Source: Hormiphora californensis (lineage: Eukaryota; Animalia; Ctenophora). Taken from it: a stretch of 64,000 bases of DNA. Shown here piece after piece: positions 54,288 through 64,000 of this stretch. A program made the translations under genes and the position numbers. The notes under the pieces were generated by a model. That model searched no databases. It saw only the letters and a program-made list of their open reading frames with translations, and was not told where the DNA came from. The first letter of the stretch is position 1. Every line of letters starts with the position of its first letter. The stretch lies in assembly GCA_020137815.1 (NCBI GenBank), contig CM035355.1, positions 6,820,001 to 6,884,000 of the forward strand. Reading direction: 5' to 3'.

Positions 54288-55581
54288 ATGAGTATTAACA
54301 TGATACGTCTCCTTCTCTTCGCAGCTGCATTGTGTGGAACAGTTGATCTCACAGGTTGGTCAAATTAACAACAAATAGTATTAGGGCTACTACTACTACT
54401 CAGAGTTCCTGGGCTTGCCTACGGCAAGCCCACAGGGACTATCGCAAAGCGATAACGCCGGCACTAGAGAAGAGTCCCCCCTTCCCCTCCCTTCGCATGG
54501 AACTACCATCTGGCAGGTTCACAATATGAAGAAGATTGGAGTGAGGCTCTTCTCGGGGCTAGTTTTATGGTCCTGTGTGGTTATTTTGCCAGGAACATTT
54601 ATGCTTGAATTTGTACCACAGATTCTTCTTCGTTTTCAATCTTTTGTTTGAGTTCTTGTGCTCGTTCATATAATTTAATTGCTTTGCCTGGGTGTTTTTT
54701 GATAGGTACCGTAAGTATTAGGGCTGGGGGTCAAAAAGTCCACTTTTGTTGGTCCGGTATATTTATTATTTATACCTTATATACATACCTTAATAGTACA
54801 TACTTATTGCATTTCATACTGGACAGCTGTAGAGCGGGAAGTGAAGATACCCTGGGACCTGGAGGGAACACCTCTCCAGATAAAGACGGGCTCTACGCTG
54901 GGCAGTAATGCTAAAATAGTCCTTGCTGTGTATAACGGTAATGACGTCACTTATACGGGCGTGAAGTTCTCCTCCCAAATGCAGTATTCTATAACCTACT
55001 GCACCTCGGGCTACACAGACCTGCCAGTACAACCACCGGTGGGGGTGGATACGATCTGGACGTTCACCAAAACAGAGACCGCCTTGATCATCACATGTAG
55101 TAATGTTGAGGTGCTGAACTACCTGTTCGAAGAAAGTTCAGATACCCAGTGTGTTACAAGATGGGGTATTGATGTGGATGAGATCTTGTTTAAATCAGCT
55201 GACAAAGCATCTGATTATTACAGAGCAGGTAAGGGTATAAATTGAATATTTATTTGGTACTGCACGATTTGTAACATAAAACTGCATGCGAGATCTCAGT
55301 CGCACAGCGACATTGGTGGCAATGGTACCAATTGTTGAAAACTGAAATGTAATTAAATCTCAGTTATGATGCAATGAACTCACTGCACTATTTATTTTCA
55401 GAACCAAGGTGTTCTACCTTTACTGTTGACGGATCAACACAGGGAACCTGGGCTGCCTCACCAACAGGGACAATTGCCACTATCGAATGTGCTGCCACCC
55501 ATATCCTTGTGGGAAGTGGAACACTGACTTGTCAGGCGGATGAATCGTGGTCAAGTAAAGTACCGCAATGTAATAAACTTG
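54288..55581 (+). CDS. Partial secreted protein: signal peptide + lineage-specific domain (IPWDLEGTPLQIKT) + Sushi/CCP domain; 3' end not found
   Basis: Exon 54288-54354 encodes a signal peptide. Exon ~54818/54827-55228 encodes the unknown domain. Exon 55402-55581 has the Sushi pattern C...IEC...GSGTLTC...WSSKVPQC. All introns are phase 1. Confidence 0.65.
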
Positions 55582-55760
55582 GTAAGTTCATTTAGTAATT
55601 GATGCCTTTGTAACTTCATGAAATATTTTATCTTACCATTTAATGCAACTCAAGGTAGAGCGAGTGAGAGAAAGGGTGGTTAGGATAGTCTGAATAACTA
55701 AGATATCAGTTATAAAATTGTGTAGGCCTGGCATGTTATGACCAATCAATCCTGGCCTTA

Positions 55761-55943
55761 CAGTGCTGCTTGCAGTCAAAATACGGTAACGCAAAATACA
55801 GTAAGGAGACGCGCACGGTGCATAACGCGCAGCAAAAAGTTAATGTGTCAGCACGTACTAGCGCCCTGATTGGTCACGGTAGCGCGTCGTCTTACTGTAT
55901 CTTAACGTTTTCCATTACCGTTTTCCCACTACAAGCGACCGTG
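55761..55943. mobile_element. MITE with CAGTG..GCTTGYAGT / ACTACAAGCGACCGTG ends
   Basis: Body repeated at ~53052-53200. The same terminal motif occurs at 59620-59800 and ~52330. Confidence 0.65.
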
Positions 55944-56519
55944 TTATTAGAAAAAAGTAACGGACCGATTTAAAAGATCATTTTTCTTATAATCTTAAAA
56001 TCTGGAATTACCCAGGATATGATATTCTAAGATTAGGCCATAGTTTTTGAGACCCATAGTTTTTGATTGCCTAGCTAGACTGTCTTAAGAAAAAAACAAC
56101 GTTTTTGGCTTAACGAAATTTTTTAATTCTTTAAAGAATTCTTTAAAGAATTAGAAAATTTCGTTCAGCCAAAAACTATGGGCCTCATGTGGTAAGGTTT
56201 TATAGGTTTTATTCGTTACACATGAGGTATAGCAGACAAAAATGGTTTTCAAAATGATTTTCTCATCAATATACGACAATACCCTAGTCAGAATATAATG
56301 TGTATTTATTTCGATAACACATATTAAATAAGCACGTGAATACGTATTTAATACGTATTAAATACGTATTATAGGCCTAGAATAAAGAAAAGCCGCACAT
56401 TTGGCAAGTGCTAACATCGCGAGCCGCCCAACTTCCAGCTCAATTTCAGGTCAAAAGCGTGTTACAGATATAAATACAACCTCGCCCTGTCACATGTCCC
56501 AAAGGTGGTAGAAAGACAG

Positions 56520-56730
56520 TAGCAATTCGCGAATTGCTACTGTCTTCCCCCAACTTTTAAAGCAGGTCCCTATCCCAATACAGCCCTGCCGCGAATTGCT
56601 ACTGTCTTCCCCACCTTATAAAACAGGACCTTGTACCAATGCTGCCCTGCCGCGAATTGCTACTGTCTTCCCAGACTTCTAAAACAGATCCCTGTCCCAA
56701 TACAGCCCTGCCGCGAATTGCTACTGTCTA
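56520..56730. repeat. ~61-bp tandem repeat, ~3.5 units
   Basis: CGCGAATTGCTACTGTCT recurs at ~56528, 56590, 56652 and 56712. Confidence 0.85.
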
Positions 56731-56913
56731 CTGCTATGTTTACCTTAAATTGCTGTTTTACTCCACGCAGTTGTACCTCCCCACCTAGTTAATTCACATG
56801 TTACCTCCCCCCAACTCGTTAACCCACGTGTTTGTAACAGTATGTAGTAGATGCTCAGACAAGTCGTTAGTCAGATAGCAAGAGGAGGAACAGCCAGTAG
56901 TACCCGACCAATC

Positions 56914-57172
56914 ATGTCATTTTGTGGCTGGGACAAGGGCGAAAAGTACAAGGACCACTTTGATAATGGTTAGTGTTCCCTTTCTTCTTACCCCCGATTT
57001 CCAAATACATTCATCTATCCCAGTTTAGCTCCCAGCTACATTACAGTCACAGTCGCTTAAATTTAGACTTCATAACTCCCCATCTCTCTCCCTCCCTCCC
57101 TCTAACACTATTGTCCTAACAGGTATGTACGTGTGTAGCAAGTGTGAAAACCCACTACTTCTATTTAAATAG
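56914..57172 (+). pseudogene. MSRB1: 5' fragment of methionine-R-sulfoxide reductase B1 (selenoprotein R/X type), truncated
   Basis: Exons 56914-56968 and 57123-57172 give MSFCGWDKGEKYKDHFDNGMYVCSKCENPL followed by unrelated LLFK*. This matches the MSRB1 N-terminus (MSFC...HFEPGVYVCAKC). The catalytic 3' half was not seen. Confidence 0.75.
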
Positions 57173-57373
57173 AAAGAAAAGGATCCGCGTAGGTGAGAGG
57201 GGCGGCAAAGGGGTGTTGAGAGAGGGGATTAGGCGAGGTGACTGGTGAGGGGGTTGTACTGTTATATAATACCAGCACAGCTTGCATGGTCATTCACGTT
57301 ATTGTGTTGGTCTTTGCGTTTTGTTCTTGCTGTATGAAGCCATGCAATAATTCTAACAATTAATTCTATTCAG

Positions 57374-57541
57374 GTCCACGTGTTGGCGGATAGTGCCGGT
57401 AAGCGCACCATCCCCAGTATAGTGGGGTATGTGGATGATAATACAGTGTACACCGGACACCGGGCTGAACAGCAAATCAAAACTAATCCCATGAGGACAA
57501 TCTACGATGCAAAACGGTTCATCGGGAAGAATTTCACCCAG
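57374..57541 (+). CDS. Isolated exon of an HSP70-family ATPase domain, HSPA13/STCH-like
   Basis: AG/GT-bounded 168-nt exon VHVLADSAGKRTIPSIVGY...NPMRTIYDAKRFIGKNFTQ. No flanking HSP70 exons recognised in the window. Confidence 0.7.
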
Positions 57542-57865
57542 GTAAAACCCTTTTTGTGCACTGTTGGGATGACCCGATCACTAACTTCTTTTTAGTGCTA
57601 ATAAATCTCCAACAAAACCACTAACAAATGTTTGTGCGAACCTACAGACAGACAAGGTAAATTAGGGGTTTGGAAGAGAGACGTGTCCCCGAGGGCAAAT
57701 TGAAAATACAGTTTCATGGTTAAAATAGCATTATTTTCCATCATTAAAAACATTATGATTTTGTGACATCAGTCAACAAACCACCCAGGAAGTTTCCCCA
57801 TTAGTACTTCTCCCTTCGTAAAGCTTGGGTCCTTGCCTCAGGGTGTACATGTTATCGTTCGTCTT

Positions 57866-58846
57866 TCATTCGGTGGAGTCCAATCGGGGGGCGAATCCCA
57901 TGTTGGTGATTCCACAGACGTTTCCTCGGGCAATTCGGAAGTATCCACTCTCTCCCCATCGGGTTCCCCAGCTGTTCTTCATTCGGAAGTATGTACTGGT
58001 GTATCCAACACTTACGACGGCATGACCTCCGCCGTTACAGTTCCTGTTGTTGTAAATTCCTCCCCTATACCGCATGAAGTCGTTAGCAACGCTGTATCCA
58101 ACAGACAGGGGTCCTGAGGTAGCAAGAGCGGTAACATGAGCACTGTCTCCCCTAGCGTTGGTGTAACCAGTAACTTTGAAGGCGGTGAGGGCGTTAGGTT
58201 TGTTGCTGTAGTTGCAGGAACCCTGACGGGCGGTATATCGGATATCCTTGGTAGCTCCAACTCGGCCAGACTTTTTCAGCCAGTCAAACACATCACTCAT
58301 AATTCCACCATTACATCCACCCCTCTTGATGCAGTCGAGACCTTCCTGCTCAGCAAAGTCCGTCAGACTGCCTCCCTGGATCTTGTAGTGTCCCTCGAGG
58401 GCTCCAAATCCGGAGAAGATCCAGCAAGATCCGCAGTTGCCCTGGTTCTTGATTGAGGTCACAGCAACACCCCTCCAGTCCTTCTCAGAAGGGTTCCCCA
58501 GCTGGGGTCCGGGTCGAACATCATCATCAGCGTCATCGCTCACCATAGCGGAGGCGTTGAATCCAGTATAGCTGGCCTTCTCTTCCTCAGTCATATCAGC
58601 AAACATGTTCAGCTCCTGGGACCATCCAGCCTCGTCAGCGTCATGGGCAGCAATCTCCTGGATGTTGGCTCGGAAGATAGACGCTCGGAGCCTCTGCTCT
58701 CCTCGGACGTAGTTCCTTCCTTCGGCAGCCTGGTACTCAGAAAAGAGGGCCCGGAAGGCGGTAGGGTTGCTCAGGGCAGACTGAAGCACATCGGGAGCAG
58801 CATTTAGAGCCGTGGAGACTCCAATCAGTAGAGTGAAGAAAATCAT
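57866..58846 (-). CDS. Papain-family (C1A) cathepsin L-like cysteine protease, intronless
   Basis: Signal peptide MIFFTLLIGV, I29-like prodomain (LNMFADMT), catalytic QGNCGSCW, GGHAV and KNSWG motifs. Confidence 0.93.
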   Translation of the reverse strand: MIFFTLLIGVSTALNAAPDVLQSALSNPTAFRALFSEYQAAEGRNYVRGEQRLRASIFRANIQEIAAHDADEAGWSQELNMFADMTEEEKASYTGFNASAMVSDDADDDVRPGPQLGNPSEKDWRGVAVTSIKNQGNCGSCWIFSGFGALEGHYKIQGGSLTDFAEQEGLDCIKRGGCNGGIMSDVFDWLKKSGRVGATKDIRYTARQGSCNYSNKPNALTAFKVTGYTNARGDSAHVTALATSGPLSVGYSVANDFMRYRGGIYNNRNCNGGGHAVVSVGYTSTYFRMKNSWGTRWGESGYFRIARGNVCGITNMGFAPRLDSTE

Positions 58847-58889
58847 CTTGGTTTTGATTTCTGGTGGTGAGTCCCCTAACACTCTACGG

Positions 58890-58897
58890 TTTTATAG
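58890..58897 (-). promoter_or_regulatory. Candidate TATA box of the cathepsin gene
   Basis: CTATAAAA on the minus strand, ~45 nt upstream of the ATG. Confidence 0.45.
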
Positions 58898-59619
58898 TAG
58901 GAAAAAGCATTCGACACCAGATGGCAAATCAGTTTATTAGGCTTCAGCTTCAATGACCCGGGTCTGACTAGGCTACTCAATAAATGGTTTAGCCATAGTC
59001 TTTGAAGCATATAAACGTATTACCATTCTAAATCAGTTTCAAAACAATTGTTATATTTTATGAACAAAAGGATGAGTTTTCCGATAAAACGTCAAAAAAG
59101 AACTACGCTTTCGATAAAAAACTAATGGCAAAAGAAATATGATTTTACTGGTGTGAACTCTATAGTAACGGATAGCGGTACTTGTCCTGAAACTGGTACT
59201 AAGAGTCGGGCATCTTCCGTGATACCCAAATAAAAGTTCTAACAAATATTTGTCAGCGGTTTTATGTAACGATCTGTTGCATGGAAATAAAGAAAATTTA
59301 CTTTTTTCGACACATATCTCGATGGCATTACAATTCCTTGTTTCAGGCGGAGTTGGACGAGTTGCAAAATTTGTACAGTTTCAAACTGACACGACTCCAG
59401 GAAAAACACGGTAATACGACTACCAGCAGCACTGTTATAAATTACTCCACACATTCATTTGTTTTGTTCAAACCCATTTTTTCGGGGAGGGAGGGTCGAA
59501 CAAGGCAAACAATCATATAATGGTAGAAAAATCAACTTCAACTTCAATTTAGCCAGATCACGGTAAACTTGTGAATCAGGGCAGTATTATCATACTGTTT
59601 GGTTTAATGATTTGGTGTT

Positions 59620-59800
59620 ACAGTGTCGCTTGCAGTGGAGAAACGGTGTCCAAACAACGTGTGAAGCCGTAGTATAGCGCACCAGTAATAAACTGAAACA
59701 TATGTTCAGTGTGCTTTACTTTTAGTACCCGCACGTTAAACAAACGGTGCGTCTGCGAACGGTGTTTAGACACCGTTTCTCCACTACAAGCGACCGGGTG
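59620..59800. mobile_element. ~180-bp MITE with ~35-bp TIRs, just 3' of arylsulfatase copy 1
   Basis: GTCGCTTGCAGTGGAGAAACGGTGTCCAAACA / TGTTTAGACACCGTTTCTCCACTACAAGCGAC. Absent from the 3' flank of copy 2. Confidence 0.8.
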
Positions 59801-59826
59801 AAACTCCTGTAATTAATGTCTTGTGA

Positions 59827-61437
59827 TCAGATCGGACTTATCACGACATAAATCAAAGTTACTATCATGTTACTTAAAAACGTGCTGTATTTGTACCTAC
59901 TACCAAATTCGATAAAAGATCGAGTGTCTATTGCTTTACTTGATGAAGCTGAACAAGCACACCATTTGTTATGACTGTCACAGCATGGTATAACATCAGA
60001 ATTCCCGCTCCAGTCCACAGTTGAATGAAATGTACTCTCAATTGATTTGTGGATATCGTTCCTAAAATTATCTATAGCTTGATAAAAATCCATGGTAAGG
60101 TTCGTTAGAGGAGTGGATTCTGCTGGATCGACAGACAAATCAAACACAAGAGGCGGATCGTGATACGCAAAACCCGTTCCTGTGCTACCATTGCAGTCAG
60201 GTTTAGGATTGGTAGCGAAGTATATTTTGTAGCTATTCCACCTCATTGCCCATAACTCCTGAAGGTCCGTGTCCGGGATGAATAAAGTCCTAGAGGAGGG
60301 TGGTTGGAGGAATGAGAGGGGAACACCGTCAAAAACACGGTCGTTCGGGAGGGAAAAGCCAACGATTTGAGCGATAGATGGAAGTATATCCATGGCACTA
60401 GAGAGTGCATTTGAAACGGTCCCTGGTTCTATTTGACCTGGCCAGGATGCGATAAAAGGAACCCGATGTCCACCCTCCCAGGTCGTCATCTTTCCAGTTG
60501 AGCCTGACCCAAAAGCAGCTCTTTGGTACTCTCCGACAAAGGGGAAATGAGACCCCGACAGCTCACATTTATACTCCCACGGTCCATTATCTGAAGTGAA
60601 AATGACAAGCGTCTCTTCGGACACACCAAGACCATAGACAGTGTCCAAAATCTCCCCGACAAAGTGATCAATTTCCATGAGAGTGTCTTCGAAGTGACCG
60701 ACTCGGGAGGCATTTTGGAATCTTGGGTCGGTGGCTAGGGGCACGTGGGGTTGAGCAAGTGGCAAATACAGAAAAAATGGTTGCTTTTCATTCACATGCT
60801 GTCGAATAAAGGCTTTAGAAAAAGCAGTATACTTGTTTGTTAGCTGGTTAAGGTTTGCAGGTTGCTCTACGATGTCTCTGTTTTCGTATAGAGGGATGGA
60901 GTTAGTCCACGCCGTAGGTTCACCACAAACGGAACTTATTTTGACATTGTAAACTGGTCCATCAGTCACACAGCCCATATCGTTTGAGAATGGGAGGCCG
61001 AGATAAGTGTCAAATCCATGACTGAGAGGGTGAAACTTTTCCGTAATTCCCAGGTGCCACTTCCCTACGATTCCAGTTGCATACCCTTCCTTTTTCAGAA
61101 AATGTGCAATCGTCTTTTCCTTTTCTGGGAGGCCACCAATTGAACTTGGTCCAAAATTGTGAAATACCCCCGTTCGTTGGGCAAGCCTGCCCGTCAAAAG
61201 TCCAGCCCGGCTCGGGGTACACACAGGTGAGGCGCTGTGGTAGTCCGTGAACCGCATCCCCACATTAGCGAGGCGGGTTATGTTTGGAGTAAAAGGATTG
61301 GAAGGGTTGTTAGGGGTGATGTCTGCATACCCTAAATCATCCGCCATGATGAGAATGATGTTGGGTGTCTCGGAGGTAACACGGTGGAGACATATCAGGA
61401 AAAGTAGCAAGTATGGTGATCTGAAATGTCCTGACAT
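59827..61437 (-). CDS. ARSG: Arylsulfatase G-like sulfatase, copy 1, intronless
   Basis: Signal peptide, PNIILIMADDLGY, formylglycine motif CTPSRAGLLTGR, GKWHLG, SDNGPW..KC, GKMTTWEGGHRVP. Hydrophobic C-terminal tail. Confidence 0.9.
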   Translation of the reverse strand: MSGHFRSPYLLLFLICLHRVTSETPNIILIMADDLGYADITPNNPSNPFTPNITRLANVGMRFTDYHSASPVCTPSRAGLLTGRLAQRTGVFHNFGPSSIGGLPEKEKTIAHFLKKEGYATGIVGKWHLGITEKFHPLSHGFDTYLGLPFSNDMGCVTDGPVYNVKISSVCGEPTAWTNSIPLYENRDIVEQPANLNQLTNKYTAFSKAFIRQHVNEKQPFFLYLPLAQPHVPLATDPRFQNASRVGHFEDTLMEIDHFVGEILDTVYGLGVSEETLVIFTSDNGPWEYKCELSGSHFPFVGEYQRAAFGSGSTGKMTTWEGGHRVPFIASWPGQIEPGTVSNALSSAMDILPSIAQIVGFSLPNDRVFDGVPLSFLQPPSSRTLFIPDTDLQELWAMRWNSYKIYFATNPKPDCNGSTGTGFAYHDPPLVFDLSVDPAESTPLTNLTMDFYQAIDNFRNDIHKSIESTFHSTVDWSGNSDVIPCCDSHNKWCACSASSSKAIDTRSFIEFGSRYKYSTFLSNMIVTLIYVVISPI

Positions 61438-62962
61438 ACCTTATAAAAAGGCGAAAGTAAATATTTGATGGGAATTAATTGACGGCCTCTATAAGGCAAA
61501 AGCCAAAGACTGATTTTTGGGCACATGTAGAACGCAACAAAAACTGAACAAAACGGCAGGTTAAGGTGCCACCAGGGAATAGGGATAGTAGTAGGGATTT
61601 AAACAGCTATATATAGCTGTTATGCTGTGACCAGTACTGTGTGTACTGTGTACTGTGTGTTAATACTAGTATATAAACACACGCAGTACCGGTCGCGTAC
61701 TAGCCATTGCAACGGTGTAACCGCTCACTCACTGCCAGCAAGGCAAAAGCCAATAGGACCCACGTGAGTAAGCTAGATGAAATGAAATTTGAGACTCAAA
61801 TCTCGCTCGTAACTCACTGGTCGTTTCTCTCCCTCTCACCCTCATCATGTGCTCCCCCACTGACTAGATCATGACCATATTATGTGTATATAATCTGCTC
61901 TCTCCCTCCCTCTCATGACCAGTAGAAGGTGGCGTGATCCTGCTCCCTCCCTCCCTCTCAGCTAAGTTTCGCATTGCAACACATCCATTATCATTATTCA
62001 TTATTATAATTTACACGAGCAGGAAGGTGTTGCCCGAGAGTGACATCTTAGTTACTCTTGGGGAGCATCTTCCAGTTCTTACACTCATGGGAACATGAGT
62101 AGAACTATTTACAAACCGTGTCAAACCGTGTCAAAAACCGTGTCCATATAGGTACACACAAGCCGAACAAAACTATTGTTGATACAACTATCGTTTATAC
62201 AGCTATTAATCTTTTCTTTTCGCATCTAATGGATGACTGACACATGGATTGAGAAATATAGCCACGCTGACGTAAGACAAAATGAAGGAAAAAAACACAA
62301 TACAAGGTGACCTTAGCTGGAAACATATCGATTAATCACTGTGAGGCCAATGCTCTGGCCACAGTTCTCGCGTGCTCATGAGAATAGGGTCAGGCCAATG
62401 CCCTGACAGAGTGACAAATGAATCGGACTTCATGGCAGCTTCTCTCATCCAGATATATCTATAACAGATATGATATCATCTAGAAAGAAAGTATAATTCA
62501 TTGTTGGGCAATGGTATTTGTCATCGAATTAGACTCGCCCTGCCATCATGAGGAGGATTTTGTTCGCAAATTCACCAAACACGGATCTACTAAGTCAATA
62601 CTCTGACCGCTGTAATTCCCGAGCTCTCTGGCCAGTTCTCTGACAGCCCTGGTGTCAACGGGGGCTGTTAAAAGTCTTTGTGAGAACTTTCGATGCACCT
62701 TGCTTGCCCCCGGCGCTTGTTCATCCAGGTCATACCCCGAAAAAAGAAGAAAAAACGGTTTAATTACTCAATTAAATTACAGTGACATACTGTGAAAATC
62801 ACAATCGATCATTTTAAAGATCAACTTTCCCAAAAAATCATTTCGAATCAGATAATGCCCCACGGGCTTCGTATGCCGTGCTTCACACGGCTGGTAGTGG
62901 AGGGGTGACTGTGTCACCAACTATATAAATTACTCACACAATCATACAATGGTTAAAAAAAC

Positions 62963-63013
62963 TCAACTTCAACATGACCATATCAGTGATATATATGGTC
63001 ATGTTGAAGTTGA
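62963..63013. repeat. 21-bp-stem palindrome 3' of arylsulfatase copy 2
   Basis: TCAACTTCAACATGACCATAT / ATATGGTCATGTTGAAGTTGA. Confidence 0.75.
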
Positions 63014-63071
63014 TATTATCACGGTAAATTTGATCATTTGGTATTACGCTACTACAATTAATGTCTTGTGA

Positions 63072-64000
63072 TCAGATTGGACTTAACACGACATAAATCA
63101 AAGTTACTATCATGTTACTTAAAAACGTGCTGTAGTTGTACCCACTACTTCGTCCAAATTCGGTAAAAAAAGAAGGGTCTACTGCTTTACTTGATGAACA
63201 AGCACACCATTTGTTATGACTGTCACAGCATGGTATAACATCAGAATTGCCACTCCAGTCCACAGTTGATTTGAATGTGCCCTCAATTGATTTGTGGATA
63301 TCGTCCCTAAACTTATCTACTGTTCGATAGAAATCCATTGTAAGGTTTGTTAAAGGAGTGGATTCTGCTGGATCGACAGACAAATCAAACACAAGAGGAG
63401 GATCGTGATACGCAAAACCCGTTCCTGTGCTACCATTGCAGTCAGGTTTCGGATTGGTAGCAAAGTATATTTTGTAGCTATTCCACCTCATTGCCCATAA
63501 CTCCTGAAGGTCCGTGTCTGGGATGAACAAAGTCCTAGAGGAGGGTGGTTGGAGGAATGAGAGGGGAACACCGTCAAAAACACGGTCGTTCGGGAGGGAA
63601 AAGCCAACGATTTGAGCGATAGATGGAAGTATATCCATGGCACTAGAGAGTGCATTTGAAACGGTCCCTGGTTCTATTTGACCTGGCCAGGATGCGATAA
63701 AAGGAACCCGATGTCCACCCTCCCAGGTCGTCATCTTTCCAGTTGAGCCTGACCCAAAAGCAGCTCTTTGGTACTCTCCGACAAAGGGGAAATGAGACCC
63801 CGACAGCTCACATTTATACTCCCACGGTCCATTATCTGAAGTGAAAATGACAAGCGTCTCTTCGGACACACCAAGACCATAGACAGTGTCCAAAATCTCC
63901 CCGACAAAGTGATCAATTTCCATGAGAGTGTCTTCGAAGTGACCGACTCGGGAGGCATTTTGGAATCTTGGGTCGGTGGCTAGGGGCACGTGGGGTTGAG
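63072..64000 (-). CDS. ARSG: Arylsulfatase G-like sulfatase, copy 2 (5' part beyond the window)
   Basis: Near-identical tandem duplicate of the C-terminal ~310 aa of copy 1. Confidence 0.9.
   Translation of the reverse strand, partial: QPHVPLATDPRFQNASRVGHFEDTLMEIDHFVGEILDTVYGLGVSEETLVIFTSDNGPWEYKCELSGSHFPFVGEYQRAAFGSGSTGKMTTWEGGHRVPFIASWPGQIEPGTVSNALSSAMDILPSIAQIVGFSLPNDRVFDGVPLSFLQPPSSRTLFIPDTDLQELWAMRWNSYKIYFATNPKPDCNGSTGTGFAYHDPPLVFDLSVDPAESTPLTNLTMDFYRTVDKFRDDIHKSIEGTFKSTVDWSGNSDVIPCCDSHNKWCACSSSKAVDPSFFTEFGRSSGYNYSTFLSNMIVTLIYVVLSPI

Noticed and set aside
50526-56730. Tandem repeats as possible CRISPR arrays, and ORF 50526-50954 as a repeat protein
   Set aside because: Eukaryotic context, the inter-repeat segments are homologous to each other rather than unique spacers, and no cas genes are present. 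The ORF simply follows a 51-bp (17-codon) period.
57770-57868. Possible TGA read-through or selenocysteine extension of the cathepsin
   Set aside because: The catalytic domain is already complete, the downstream frame is short, and no SECIS is evident.

Overview
Eukaryotic (animal) genomic DNA: intron-rich, GT-AG spliced, and dense in (AG/CT)n microsatellites and small inverted-repeat transposons. It is most likely a ctenophore (Pleurobrachia-like). That taxon call rests on my recollection of a repeat and a protein domain, not on a database search. Recognisable genes are a C6orf120/UPF0669 homolog, FBXW7, WDFY1/2, actin, TMEM104 (minus strand), a papain-family cathepsin L-like protease and two tandem ARSG-like arylsulfatases. 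There are also fragments of MSRB1 and of an HSPA13-like HSP70, plus a lineage-specific domain/Sushi gene fragment. A tandem cluster of three paralogous secreted proteins with conserved His motifs that I cannot assign to a family lies at 14.2-23.1 kb. Mobile DNA includes an RTEX-like LINE nested with a MITE inside a 199-bp TIR foldback element, a non-autonomous Helitron, hAT and Tc1-like MITEs, and a foldback element carrying telomere-like repeats. Three homopolymer-rich stretches (about 1-340, 12620-13700 and 23550-24690) look like low-quality sequence, and scattered single-base indels may be consensus errors. Exon coordinates were read by eye.
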